DNA of 64,000 nt from contig CAJOMQ010000001.1 of the NCBI GenBank assembly GCA_905236715.1, forward strand, positions 110,015 to 174,014, in the 5' to 3' direction. Positions 10,149-19,776 of the stretch are shown piece after piece. Made by a program: the position numbers and the translations under genes. Positions within the stretch are counted from its first letter, which is position 1, and every line of letters begins with the position of its first letter. The stretch comes from an uncultured Bacilli bacterium (lineage in GTDB: Bacteria; Bacillota_I; Bacilli_A; RFN20; CAG-826). Under the pieces are notes generated by a model. The model saw only the letters and a program-made list of their open reading frames with translations. It was not told where the DNA came from and searched no databases.

Positions 10149-12830
10149 TTAATCGTTAATACCAATGAAGATATATTCTTCTGGTTCCGCTGATTTGGAC
10201 TTGGATTGGGTTGGTTTATTTTTCTTTTTACGTTTGAATTTACTGGTAAATTTCTCCGTATTAACCTTGCTAAATAATTTATAAAAGATTTGGCTTAATG
10301 GACCAAATAAGCAAGTGACAAAGGCTAAAACAAACGCGGCACCAAAAGCAATGATAAGGAAGACCCAAGAACCATTGATAGGACCGAATCCAAAGAAATT
10401 AATCATTAAATAGATGGCTAAGCCGGTAATAGCAAGCATTGGATAGAAAGCTAAGGATGTGCCTTTTTCCATAATCGCTTGTCTATTTTCAAAGGAACGA
10501 TCATGTGTTTTGTCTTCTAAGACAAGCTCTCTTTCTTTGTTCATGAAGATAATTTCTATAATGAATGTAAAGAAAGCAATAAATGGTAAGGCTACCGCCG
10601 CATAAGAAGTAACGGTTAATCTCGTTAAAGCAAAGATACCTAGGACGGTCACAGAAGTCGCTAAAGGCGCTAATAAGGCGATAATGCCACGCGATAAACG
10701 ATATCTCAATAAGAGATATAATCCCGCGACAGCCGTTCCTACTAAGGTGCCCCAGAAGATGGGCATAAAGGCGGGAATCGCTGTGGAATTAACAGCCACA
10801 TTCAATTTAATGGAAGCATTGACATTCGGATCAACATCTTCTAAACGTTTTTCGATTAAACGATCTAAACCTTCATAATCATAGGAATAGACTTTGTTAT
10901 CGGAAGCATCGAGGAAATAACCATTATATTGATTTAAATCAATATCGCTGCTTAATTTGACAACATAATAATTATATGTAATGACTTCCATCACTTCATA
11001 ATCGGTATCAACACGAGTTTGATAATCAATATTTAAATCATTATTGGCATCTAAAGCGATGTAATTGTCTAATGTTTTCGCACTATCTTCGTTTTCACCT
11101 TGATAGACGTAGATGCTTGTTAAAGCTTCTTCGATTTTATTTAAATTCAAATCAGTGTCTTTTGTGGTGGTTTCAATGTAGATTTGGCTCGCTAAATGAT
11201 TGCTACCATTATTGAAGATAACACCATTATTGACAGCACCGAAAACGGATAAGCCAGCAATACCAGCTAATAAAGCTACCGCGGCAATAATACCTGCGGG
11301 TTTGCTCTTTTTGGTGAAGTTTCTATCAGCATAAGGACCGAAATAAGTTTGTTTTTCTTCCTTAATGAGATTAGGAACTTTTTCATTATCAACACCAAAA
11401 TAATTGTATTTACCTTGTAATTTGGTGGTATTAGTGGCTAACCACATCATACCTCTTAACACTAATGTGTTAGCAATTAAGGAAATCAAGCCACCTAAAA
11501 CAGCGACAACAGCAAATCCTCTCATTATCGGACCGCCGAAAATGTAAGAGAAGACACCAATGGCCACTAAAGCGACGTGAATATCAACGACGGGTAATAA
11601 AGCTTTTTTGGCGCCTTCAGAATTCGCTTTCTTTAAGCTTCTGCCACGATAGCATTCTTCTTTGAATTTGGTGGTATAAATAACGCCACTAGCTAAAGAG
11701 GCAACGGCAACGGCTAAGAAGGCAATTAAAGTGGCCAAATTAAATTCCGCGGAGAAAATAATAATCATGCCAATGGCGCCATAAACAGAACCTAAAGTGG
11801 TCACAATATTAGCGATAGCACCTAAACGATATAACACCACTAATAATAAAGATATCACCGCGATTCCCACTAAAGTGGCGGTTAAGGTCTTGCTCCAAGC
11901 GACATTATTATCAATATTGATAATTTCATCTGCCCAAGCACCGATAATGTTGTCATATAAATAGGTCACTTTATAATCTAATGAACCGGAATTAATTAAA
12001 TTAATATAGAATTTAGCGGTGTCGTAGGCTCTTTTGACTTCGCTCGCTTCATAAGCGGAATTACCATTGACATCTTGAATATTGACATAGGTCTTTAAAT
12101 ATTCAATTTTGCTATCTTCTTCTTCCTTCATGCCTTCGATATCGAATTTCATGAATAATTTTTCCGCCACGTGAGCGTCATATTCTTCACTCGATTGTTG
12201 GGTTTTGGCATAGGTATCGGTATCAGGATCATAATCGTGCCACATATAAACATAATAAGATGTGGTCGCTTCTTCACCTTCACCAGTGGTTTCACCAGCA
12301 TCAGCGTTATTTTCATCTTTATAAGTTTTCACAACTTCGTAAATCTTATTAATATCGCCATCGGCTTTCACAGGAATATAAATAGCGGGAACATTTTGTT
12401 CAGTTTCCATGTAAGCTTTTTCGCTGGAAAGGAATTCATCACCAATAACGGCGGAACCATCACCATCCACTTTGGAAGTTAAAGCGAGGGTACCATTAAA
12501 GGCTAAGAGGGTTTTTATATTGTTATAATTAGAGGCTGTGTCTTGTTTTAATTCGACGGTAATGGTGTCATATCCTTGGGTAGAAACACGATATTGAGTA
12601 ACGCCTTGCATTTCTAATCTTTGAATCATCTTTTCCGCGATATTATCCACCGCTGTGGTATCACTCCAATCGTTTTCGGCATTATCTTTGTCAGAAACAC
12701 GGAAAACTAATTTGCGACCTTCCGCATATTCGATATTGCCATTCACTTTACTAAAGACATTGGCAAAACTAGCACCCATTGCCACAACGGAAGTGAACGC
12801 TAGCAATATATAGGACCATAACCTTCTCAT
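10149..12830 (-). CDS. secDF: Protein translocase subunit SecDF (fused)
   Basis: The ORF has an N-terminal TM helix, a large periplasmic-type domain, and a 6-TM SecD and 6-TM SecF architecture. The likely start is the ATG at 12830, preceded by AGGAGGA; the ORF track's upstream extension to 12950 lacks an RBS. Confidence 0.88.
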   Translation of the reverse strand: MRRLWSYILLAFTSVVAMGASFANVFSKVNGNIEYAEGRKLVFRVSDKDNAENDWSDTTAVDNIAEKMIQRLEMQGVTQYRVSTQGYDTITVELKQDTASNYNNIKTLLAFNGTLALTSKVDGDGSAVIGDEFLSSEKAYMETEQNVPAIYIPVKADGDINKIYEVVKTYKDENNADAGETTGEGEEATTSYYVYMWHDYDPDTDTYAKTQQSSEEYDAHVAEKLFMKFDIEGMKEEEDSKIEYLKTYVNIQDVNGNSAYEASEVKRAYDTAKFYINLINSGSLDYKVTYLYDNIIGAWADEIINIDNNVAWSKTLTATLVGIAVISLLLVVLYRLGAIANIVTTLGSVYGAIGMIIIFSAEFNLATLIAFLAVAVASLASGVIYTTKFKEECYRGRSLKKANSEGAKKALLPVVDIHVALVAIGVFSYIFGGPIMRGFAVVAVLGGLISLIANTLVLRGMMWLATNTTKLQGKYNYFGVDNEKVPNLIKEEKQTYFGPYADRNFTKKSKPAGIIAAVALLAGIAGLSVFGAVNNGVIFNNGSNHLASQIYIETTTKDTDLNLNKIEEALTSIYVYQGENEDSAKTLDNYIALDANNDLNIDYQTRVDTDYEVMEVITYNYYVVKLSSDIDLNQYNGYFLDASDNKVYSYDYEGLDRLIEKRLEDVDPNVNASIKLNVAVNSTAIPAFMPIFWGTLVGTAVAGLYLLLRYRLSRGIIALLAPLATSVTVLGIFALTRLTVTSYAAVALPFIAFFTFIIEIIFMNKERELVLEDKTHDRSFENRQAIMEKGTSLAFYPMLAITGLAIYLMINFFGFGPINGSWVFLIIAFGAAFVLAFVTCLFGPLSQIFYKLFSKVNTEKFTSKFKRKKKNKPTQSKSKSAEPEEYIFIGIND

Positions 12831-12932
12831 GTGTGTAATCCTCCTACGTAATAAAAACCTCGCGCTTACGCGGCTTTTAATACAATATACTAATTGTATT
12901 CGCTTTTCAACATTTTTTATGCGCGTGTATGT

Positions 12933-12967
12933 GAGAAAAAGAAAAAACACGGTAGAACCACCGCGCT
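12933..12967 (-). terminator. Intrinsic terminator after ruvB
   Basis: A CGCGGUGGuuCUACCGUG hairpin followed by UUUUUUCUUUUUC on the minus strand. Confidence 0.55.
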
Positions 12968-12978
12968 TTTAGGAAAAA

Positions 12979-13983
12979 TTAAAATAATTTTTCTTGATGA
13001 CTTATTTGTAGATGTTTATAGGCTTTATCATTGGCGACACGACCTCTCGGGGTCCGATCGATAAAACCAATTTGTAAAAGATATGGTTCATAAACATCTT
13101 CTAAATTCATGATTTCTTCCCCAATGGCGTTCGCTAAAGTTTCTAAACCGACGGGGCCACCTTTAAATCTTTCAATTAAGGTTCTTAAATAACGGATATC
13201 GACATCATCTAAACCGATGGAATCCACTTTTAAGGCATCAAGAGCGTGTAAAGCATCATCGATTTCGATTTCATCTTTACCAGCAAAATTAGCAAAGTCT
13301 CTCACTCTTCTAAATAAACGATTCGCAATACGTGGGGTTCCACGACTTCTTTTCGCAATTTCAATGGCAGCTTCTGGACTAATTTTTGTATGCAAAACCC
13401 TAGCGGTTCTTTCCACGATTTCGACGATTTCATCTTGGTCATAGAAATGCAATTTTTCGGTAATACCGAAACGAGCACGTAAAGGCGCACTTAAATCACC
13501 AGCTCTGGTGGTCGCACCAATGAGGGTAAAAGGAGGTAAATCTAAAGTCAGAGCTTTCCCACTAGCGTCGCGATTTATCACAACGGAAAATTTGAAATCT
13601 TCCATCGCGGTATATAAAGATTCTTCGACGATGCGTGGCAAGCGATGAATTTCATCAATAAAGAGAATATCACCAGGTTCTAGCGCGGTTAAAATAGCTG
13701 CTAAATCACCGGTTTTTTCAATGCTTGGCCCACTGACAGCGTGCACATGAGCGTGCATTTCATTACCAATAACATAGGCTAAAGTTGTTTTACCTAAGCC
13801 GGGAGGGCCATAGAAAAGGAGGTGATCAAGACATTCATTACGATGTAATGCCGCACCGATAAAAACGGTGAGATTCTTTTTCAAATCTTTTTGGCCGACA
13901 TATTCATCAAGGTGCTGAGGCCTGAGGGTTAATTCTTCTTGGGCATCAGTGGCGTTTGGATGAGCATCAAGTAATCTCGACAT
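12979..13983 (-). CDS. ruvB: Holliday junction branch migration ATPase RuvB
   Basis: The 334-aa ORF has AAA+ Walker A (GPPGLGKTT) and Walker B (DEIHRL), the RuvB signature. Confidence 0.95.
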   Translation of the reverse strand: MSRLLDAHPNATDAQEELTLRPQHLDEYVGQKDLKKNLTVFIGAALHRNECLDHLLFYGPPGLGKTTLAYVIGNEMHAHVHAVSGPSIEKTGDLAAILTALEPGDILFIDEIHRLPRIVEESLYTAMEDFKFSVVINRDASGKALTLDLPPFTLIGATTRAGDLSAPLRARFGITEKLHFYDQDEIVEIVERTARVLHTKISPEAAIEIAKRSRGTPRIANRLFRRVRDFANFAGKDEIEIDDALHALDALKVDSIGLDDVDIRYLRTLIERFKGGPVGLETLANAIGEEIMNLEDVYEPYLLQIGFIDRTPRGRVANDKAYKHLQISHQEKLF

Positions 13984-13985
13984 AT

Positions 13986-14537
13986 TTATTTCCTCAATTT
14001 GGCTAAGGCAATTCTTAAGACATCTTCGGCCTTGGCGTCTGGTTCATTAATGGTGGCTAAAACGCGGTCAATAGCCGCTCCTTTAAAGCCAAGCTCTTTA
14101 AGAGCTTCATAAACTTCTTCATAGACACCGGGGTCACCTTTAGAGCCTGTTAATTCACCTTTTAAATCTAAAATTATTTGGGCAGCAGCTTTGCCACCAA
14201 TACCTGGTAATTTCTTTAAATAGGCGACGTTATTGCTCGCAATCGCATTGATGACTTGTTGTGGGGTCGTAGCCGCTAAAGCACCAATCGCGGATTTAGG
14301 GCCTAAGCCTTTGACTTTAATTAAAGAGAGAAAGACCGCTTTTTCTTCGAGAGTTCGAAAGCCCACCAGATATTGGTCATCTTCTCGCACTACTTCATAA
14401 GTATAAACAAAAGCTTCTTCACCGATTTCATAATCATCTAAATGACTCACCAATACTTGATAGCCGACATTGTTGACATCAATAATGACCGTATCACCAT
14501 CAATATGGGCGACTTTTCCTCGTAAAAAATAGATCAT
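13986..14537 (-). CDS. ruvA: Holliday junction DNA helicase subunit RuvA
   Basis: The 183-aa ORF starts MIYFLRGKV...IIDVNNVGYQV and has HhH motifs (LIKVKGLGPK). It sits 2 nt upstream of ruvB. Confidence 0.95.
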   Translation of the reverse strand: MIYFLRGKVAHIDGDTVIIDVNNVGYQVLVSHLDDYEIGEEAFVYTYEVVREDDQYLVGFRTLEEKAVFLSLIKVKGLGPKSAIGALAATTPQQVINAIASNNVAYLKKLPGIGGKAAAQIILDLKGELTGSKGDPGVYEEVYEALKELGFKGAAIDRVLATINEPDAKAEDVLRIALAKLRK

Positions 14538-14549
14538 AATTCTCCTTCC

Positions 14550-14648
14550 TTATTTATAAATAAAAATAAATAATATGACAATAATAATGGCTAATAATCC
14601 CGCCACCAGGGAAGCAATAATTGTGGGAATATTCTTTTCTTCTTTCAT
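14550..14648 (-). CDS. Possible 32-aa single-TM small protein (the non-overlapping tail of a 69-aa ORF)
   Basis: The internal Met reads MKEEKNIPTIIASLVAGLLAIIIVILFIFIYK. It starts right after the nadE stop; the longer 69-aa reading overlaps nadE out of frame. Confidence 0.2.
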   Translation of the reverse strand: MKEEKNIPTIIASLVAGLLAIIIVILFIFIYK

Positions 14649-14649
14649 A

Positions 14650-15387
14650 TTAATCACGCTTAAAATCGATAGGCGCAGGTATTTCATCGCGTTTATGTTG
14701 ACTGATGCGGTGTAATTGTAAGATTCTTTCTTCGGTTTTTTCATCGACTTTTTCACCACTTAGATATTTATCTAAATCAGCATAAGTAACACCCATTTCT
14801 TGTTCATCAGTTTGGCCCATAAATAAACCTGCAGTTGGGGTTCTTTCCGCTAGATGAGTGGGAACGCCAAGCATTTTACTAGCTTCCACTACTTCTTTTT
14901 TTAGTAAATGACAGATGGGCAATAAATCAGCGGCCCCATCACCCCATTTGGTGAAATAGCCAGTATATCTTTCATCTTTGTTATCAGTGCCTAAGACTAA
15001 ACCTCGATGATTTTGGGCATAAGCATATAGAATCGACATACGAAGACGAACTTTTAAGTTCGAACAAGTAGCTTTATCAAGGATAATCCCTTGTTTAGCG
15101 TATAAATCAATAAGATTATGATATGGTTCACTAGCGTCGATAACTAGATAAGAAAGATCTAAAGTTTTCGCTAATTCTAAAGCATCATTTAAATCAGAAG
15201 GATGGGAATCAATGGGCATCATAATGCACATGAGTTTTTCTTTACCAACCGCTTTTTTGGCTAAAGCGGCCACTAAAGAAGAATCAACACCACCCGAAAG
15301 ACCTAAAACATAAGTATCCATTTTGGTTTTGGTTAATGTTTCTTGTAAAAAAGTAACGATGACATCTAAATATTGTTCTAATTTCAT
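14650..15387 (-). CDS. nadE: NH3-dependent NAD+ synthetase
   Basis: The ORF has the PP-loop SGGVDSS and reads LGTDNKDERYTGYFTKWGDGAADLLPI. The start was chosen at MKLEQYL, which overlaps the obg stop by a few nt. Confidence 0.9.
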   Translation of the reverse strand: MKLEQYLDVIVTFLQETLTKTKMDTYVLGLSGGVDSSLVAALAKKAVGKEKLMCIMMPIDSHPSDLNDALELAKTLDLSYLVIDASEPYHNLIDLYAKQGIILDKATCSNLKVRLRMSILYAYAQNHRGLVLGTDNKDERYTGYFTKWGDGAADLLPICHLLKKEVVEASKMLGVPTHLAERTPTAGLFMGQTDEQEMGVTYADLDKYLSGEKVDEKTEERILQLHRISQHKRDEIPAPIDFKRD

Positions 15388-15388
15388 A

Positions 15389-16663
15389 TTAACGATAATA
15401 ATCGAAGGCAAAATCGTCTAAATAGACGGTATCGCCATCTTCAGCCCCCATTCTTTCTAATTCATCATCAACGCGTAACGCTCTTAAACGTTTCATCAAG
15501 ACCATCATCCCATCATCGGTGGAAATATTGGTCATCTTATAAAATTTAATAATTTTATCACCTAAGATACGGAAATTATGAGCGTCGATACGTTGAATAG
15601 AAAATTCTTTTTCATCTTCCAAAACATATAATTTGTTATCAAGTTGCTCACTATCCATATCATATAAGGGGAAGGTGGGCGTTTTTTCTAATAAATCAGC
15701 GGCTTGGAAAATTAATTCTTCAATACCTTGTTCGGTTAAGGCAGAAATACCAATAATCGGTTTTTTGATTTGCTTTTCTAATTTCGCTAATCTCTCAGTT
15801 GCCCCTTCTTCATCCATTTTACTCGCCACAAGAATAACGGGTCTTTTTTCTAAACCAAAACCATATGATTTTAATTCGTTATTGATGATTTGATAATCTT
15901 GATATGGGTCACGACCTGATTCTCCCATATCTAGGATATGGATGATGACACGGCATCTTTCAATATGACGCAAGAATTGTAATCCCAACCCTTTACCTTC
16001 ATGTGCCCCTTCAATTAATCCGGGTAAATCCGCCATCACAAAGGAACGATTGTCTTTGGTATTAACAACACCAAGATTAGGGACAATAGTTGTAAAAGGA
16101 TAATCAGCGATTTCGGGTTTAGCGGCACTGACAACACTTAAAAGAGTGGATTTACCAACACTTGGAAAGCCAACTAAACCGACATCCGCTAATAATTTTA
16201 ATTCAAGAATTAAACGCTTTCTTTCTCCTGGTTCCCCGTTTTCGGCCACTTTGGGAGCGCGATTGGTGGGTGTCTTAAAGCAAGAATTGCCTCGACCACC
16301 ACGACCGCCTTTAGCGACCACCAAAGTTTTTCCTTCTTCATTTAAATCACCGATAAATTGATGATCTTCTTCCTGAAAAACAACTGTACCAATAGGTACT
16401 TCGACGATTAAATCTTCAGCGTATTTCCCAAATTGGTTTTTAATCCCGCCTTTTTCACCATCATCAGCAATAAAAGCTTTGCTGTGGCGAAAATTAAAAA
16501 GGGTATTGATGTGACTAGTAGCACGAAAAATGACAGAACCACCACGGCCACCATTGCCGCCAGCGGGTCCACCATTAGGACGATATTTTTCACGTAAAAA
16601 CGCGATAGCGCCATCGCCACCTTTACCACTTCTTACTTCAATTACTGCGCGATCAATAAACAT
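15389..16663 (-). CDS. obg: GTPase Obg
   Basis: The 424-aa ORF has the Gly-rich Obg fold N-terminus (GGDGAIAFLREKYRPNGGPAGGNGGRGG), G1 to G4 motifs (GFPSVGKST, DLPG) and an OCT-like C-terminus. Confidence 0.95.
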   Translation of the reverse strand: MFIDRAVIEVRSGKGGDGAIAFLREKYRPNGGPAGGNGGRGGSVIFRATSHINTLFNFRHSKAFIADDGEKGGIKNQFGKYAEDLIVEVPIGTVVFQEEDHQFIGDLNEEGKTLVVAKGGRGGRGNSCFKTPTNRAPKVAENGEPGERKRLILELKLLADVGLVGFPSVGKSTLLSVVSAAKPEIADYPFTTIVPNLGVVNTKDNRSFVMADLPGLIEGAHEGKGLGLQFLRHIERCRVIIHILDMGESGRDPYQDYQIINNELKSYGFGLEKRPVILVASKMDEEGATERLAKLEKQIKKPIIGISALTEQGIEELIFQAADLLEKTPTFPLYDMDSEQLDNKLYVLEDEKEFSIQRIDAHNFRILGDKIIKFYKMTNISTDDGMMVLMKRLRALRVDDELERMGAEDGDTVYLDDFAFDYYR

Positions 16664-16665
16664 AA

Positions 16666-17622
16666 TTATTTTTTAATAATTTCCTTGATAATAACACTGG
16701 GACGATGTTGTGATTCTTCCACGATTTTCGCGGTATATAAAGAAATAACAGTGAGCATCGTGCCTAAACAGAACGCTAATAGCAATAAAACATTAATAAT
16801 TAACCAGCCCCAATATCCCACTTCGCTGAGGAAATAATTTATTTCACAAGCTTGTAAGATGAATAAGACTAATTCAGCAATACCAGAACAAATAAATAAA
16901 GCCAAGATAATTAAAGTGACGGGTAAAGACCAACTAAGGGGTTTGGTGGATAAACTAGTGATAGAACTAGTTGCAAGGTTAACCATTGCTTTAAAAGGAT
17001 AATGACTCTTCCCTTTCGCTCTTTTTTGACGGACAAATTGAATTTCACAACTCTTGAAGCCCACAAAAGGTATTTCAATTCTTAAAACACGATTGGTTTC
17101 AGGTAAGTTATTGATAGTATCCACGACTTTTTTATCTAAAAGACGGAAATTATTAACGTTTTGGGGGATTTTCACCTTTGGTGATAATTTTTCTAAAATC
17201 CGATAATATAAGCCCGCGGATTGACGTTTGAAAGCGGTGTCTTTTTTTCTAGAGACTCTTTTAGCGTTAACGACATCATATCCTTCTTCCCATTTTTCAA
17301 TTAAAAGAGGAATAAGTTCTGGCGGATCTTGTAAATCCGCATCCATCGGGATAGCGCAATCTCCGGTGGCGGTTAATAATCCCGCACTTAAAGCGGCTTC
17401 TTGTCCCCAGTTACGAGATAAATCAATAATGACTAAGTGGTCATTTTTTTCTTGTTCTTGCTTTAGCAAAGTTAAAGTATCATCACTGCTCCCATCATTG
17501 ATGCAGATGATTTCGTATTCATAACCATTTAATTTGGTTAATATTTCTTGGACTTTTTCCATATATAAAGAAACCATGGGGGCTTCGTTATACATTGGGG
17601 TAATTAAAGAAATTTTCTTCAT
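16666..17622 (-). CDS. Family-2 glycosyltransferase, polyprenol-phosphate sugar transferase-like, with C-terminal TM helices
   Basis: The N-terminus reads ISLITPMYNE..ICINDGSSD..DADLQD, a GT-A DxD fold. Two C-terminal TM helices follow, typical of GtrB/CsbB-like enzymes. Confidence 0.85.
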   Translation of the reverse strand: MKKISLITPMYNEAPMVSLYMEKVQEILTKLNGYEYEIICINDGSSDDTLTLLKQEQEKNDHLVIIDLSRNWGQEAALSAGLLTATGDCAIPMDADLQDPPELIPLLIEKWEEGYDVVNAKRVSRKKDTAFKRQSAGLYYRILEKLSPKVKIPQNVNNFRLLDKKVVDTINNLPETNRVLRIEIPFVGFKSCEIQFVRQKRAKGKSHYPFKAMVNLATSSITSLSTKPLSWSLPVTLIILALFICSGIAELVLFILQACEINYFLSEVGYWGWLIINVLLLLAFCLGTMLTVISLYTAKIVEESQHRPSVIIKEIIKK

Positions 17623-17654
17623 AAATTATTCCTTATGTATATTATAAATATAAA

Positions 17655-17692
17655 TAAGAAAAAAGACCACATTTTATGCGGTCTTTAGTAAA
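17655..17692 (-). terminator. Intrinsic terminator after rpmA
   Basis: An AAAGACCGCAUAAAAUGUGGUCUUU hairpin followed by UUUCUUAUUU. Confidence 0.65.
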
Positions 17693-17704
17693 CTTTTTCT
17701 CTTC

Positions 17705-17989
17705 TTAATCGCTTGGGATAACTTTCACAGAAGTGCGATTTTTACCTAAACGTTCGTATTTGACAATGCCAGAAGCAGTGGCAAAAACGGTATCATCTTT
17801 ACCTAATTTGGTATTGGCACCTGGATAGATTTTGGTTCCTCTTTGACGATAGATAATAGAACCAGCGTGGCACCATTGACCATCGGCGACTTTCGCGCCT
17901 AAACGACGACCAGCGGAATCACGACCATTTTTCGTGGAACCGACACCTTTTTTACTAGCGAAGAGTTGTAAATTTAATTTAATCATCAT
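17705..17989 (-). CDS. rpmA: 50S ribosomal protein L27 with an N-terminal propeptide
   Basis: The ORF reads [36 protein letters not shown]|SKKG is the Prp cleavage motif. The ORF track's longer N-terminus is unlikely. Confidence 0.93.
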   Translation of the reverse strand: MMIKLNLQLFASKKGVGSTKNGRDSAGRRLGAKVADGQWCHAGSIIYRQRGTKIYPGANTKLGKDDTVFATASGIVKYERLGKNRTSVKVIPSD

Positions 17990-18005
17990 AATGACTACAC
18001 CCTTT

Positions 18006-18311
18006 CTATAGATTTTTGATTTGTATGAATTTGCCATATTCCGAAGCGATGGCTTTTAAACCCACCAAGATGGAATCAATGACACCTTCATCGTGAGAAG
18101 AAAGAGAATTAAGAGCGTCTAATTTGTAATATCCATCGCGATATTCGAGATGAAAATCTTTTTCATTTTCAATCGCGTTGGTACATCCCGTTAAGATAGC
18201 ACTGACAGCAGCACAGACGAGATCATTGCCACATGGTGCACTATTAGCGTGCCCAGTGACTTCAAGGCTTTTAAATGCTTTTCCTTCCGTTTTGATTAAA
18301 ACTTTAATCAT
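18006..18311 (-). CDS. prp: Ribosomal-processing cysteine protease Prp
   Basis: The 101-aa ORF lies between rplU and rpmA and has conserved His and Cys residues ([18 protein letters not shown]), as in YsxB/Prp. Confidence 0.85.
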   Translation of the reverse strand: MIKVLIKTEGKAFKSLEVTGHANSAPCGNDLVCAAVSAILTGCTNAIENEKDFHLEYRDGYYKLDALNSLSSHDEGVIDSILVGLKAIASEYGKFIQIKNL

Positions 18312-18313
18312 GA

Positions 18314-18619
18314 TTAGTTGATGCTTTCAATAACTAAGCAAGTATAAGGTTGACGGTGACCAATGGTCTTGCGTTCATTAGCTTTGCTCTTGTACTTGAA
18401 GACACGGATTTTTTTGCCTAATCCTTGTTTTTCGACTTTGGCAGTGACGGTAGCGCCAGCCACGTAAGGTGTACCGACTTTCGCTTTTTTATCTCCGACG
18501 AGGAGAACTTTATCGAAAGTCACGACATCACCGACATTGGCTTCGAGTTTTTCGACATAGATTTTTTGGCCAACTTCGACACGGACTTGTTTACCACCAG
18601 TTTCGATAATTGCGTACAT
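18314..18619 (-). CDS. rplU: 50S ribosomal protein L21
   Basis: The ORF reads [25 protein letters not shown]...RQPYTCLVI. Confidence 0.95.
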   Translation of the reverse strand: MYAIIETGGKQVRVEVGQKIYVEKLEANVGDVVTFDKVLLVGDKKAKVGTPYVAGATVTAKVEKQGLGKKIRVFKYKSKANERKTIGHRQPYTCLVIESIN

Positions 18620-18766
18620 AATGTCCCTCCTTTTTTAGATTCACCAATTACTCGCTATTAAGGTAAATCTTAATAGATTTTTGCAAACCTTCTCTAGGCG
18701 GTTGTAGCTAGTGAGGCGACAACGCATGTAATATAACATAAGTTATAGATAATGTGCAATTATTTT

Positions 18767-19447
18767 TTATATGCGATGTTCTTTTTCTTCTAAAAATGAA
18801 TAATAGCCGCGTTCGGAAAAGATTAAATGGTCCATCAAAACAATATCCAATTTATCACATTTATGGGTTAACTCATTGGTGAATGATATATCTCTTTTCG
18901 AGGGTGTTAAATCATTGTTCGGGTGGTTGTGTATTATATAAAAATAATAACCGCGATGATTGATGATTTGTTTAAAAATTTCGCGATATGATATTGATAA
19001 ACGATTCGAAGAACCGATAAAAAGGGTAATTTCATGAACGATTTCTTTTCTTTTATTTAAGACAATTAAGATGAAATGTTCCTTTTCCTCTAATAACAAT
19101 TTATCGGCATATTTGTTATACAAGAAATCTGCGTTAACGGTTTCTTGAGCGAGCATAAATTCCTTTTCGCGATATCTTTTCGCCAAAGTGAAAATCGCCC
19201 CCAAATTTAAGGATTTGGCCACACTGATGCCTTTATATTCTTGTAATTCTTCCACGCTTTTATTGACCAAATAATATAAACCTTTAGCATCTTCTAATAG
19301 GTTTTTAGCGATGTCTAAAGCGGAATTATTTTTGCCCCCAGAACCGATTAAAAGGGCTAATAATTCTTCATTGGTCAATTGATCAATGCCATAGCGGAGA
19401 GCTTTTTCGCGTGGTCTTTCTTCTTTGGGCAGTTCTTTAATGAGCAT
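18767..19447 (-). CDS. radC: RadC-family JAMM-like protein
   Basis: The ORF has an N-terminal HhH region (LSNEELLALLIGSGGKNNSALDIAKNLL) and a JAMM motif (HNHPNNDLTPSKRD). The start was chosen at MLIKELPKEERP (ATG 19447-19445), not at the upstream in-frame Met. Confidence 0.85.
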   Translation of the reverse strand: MLIKELPKEERPREKALRYGIDQLTNEELLALLIGSGGKNNSALDIAKNLLEDAKGLYYLVNKSVEELQEYKGISVAKSLNLGAIFTLAKRYREKEFMLAQETVNADFLYNKYADKLLLEEKEHFILIVLNKRKEIVHEITLFIGSSNRLSISYREIFKQIINHRGYYFYIIHNHPNNDLTPSKRDISFTNELTHKCDKLDIVLMDHLIFSERGYYSFLEEKEHRI

Positions 19448-19448
19448 T

Positions 19449-19634
19449 TTAATCCGCCCAAGAGAATTTCCAACCACCCGGAACGGCAGCACTACCTTTG
19501 CTGGATAGGAAAAGTTTATAAACCACCACCGCCATCACGGCAATCGCGACCACCGCCATCACCGCGGCTAAAGTAATAGCTTCTCCCACCACGCAATTTT
19601 CGAGTTCTTCTTTTTGCATTTGACGCATTTGCAT
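19449..19634 (-). CDS. Hypothetical 61-aa small protein with an Ala/Val/Met-rich TM helix
   Basis: It reads MQMRQMQKEELENCVVGEAITLAAVMAVVAIAVMAVVVYKLF... It has a near-consensus RBS (GAGGAGGT) 6 nt upstream of the ATG. Its stop overlaps the radC start in an ATG-N-TAA arrangement. Confidence 0.45.
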   Translation of the reverse strand: MQMRQMQKEELENCVVGEAITLAAVMAVVAIAVMAVVVYKLFLSSKGSAAVPGGWKFSWAD

Positions 19635-19737
19635 ATTTTTACCTCCTCGGGGAATATCCCCTCATTAATCACATAGGGAAGAAAACGGCAAATTTGCCAA
19701 AAAAATTTTATCTTTTTGAAAAATATTTTTCTTTTAT

Positions 19738-19764
19738 TACAAGTAATAAAAAACCCGAAATAAT
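19738..19764 (-). terminator. Intrinsic terminator after valS
   Basis: A GCCCGAAAUUAUUUCGGGU hairpin followed by a U-run. Confidence 0.7.
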
Positions 19765-19776
19765 TTCGGGCTTAGA

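Noticed and set aside
14550-14759. Full 69-aa reading of ORF 14550..14759
   Set aside because: Its first 37 codons overlap the nadE 3' end out of frame. Only the C-terminal 32-aa TM peptide could be real, and it is kept as a low-confidence feature.
18620-18766. Ribosomal protein L21 leader (Rfam L21_leader) upstream of rplU
   Set aside because: A promoter (TTGCAC-18-TGtTATATT) and a 5-bp hairpin are present, but I cannot match the conserved L21-leader structure by eye, so I left it unannotated.
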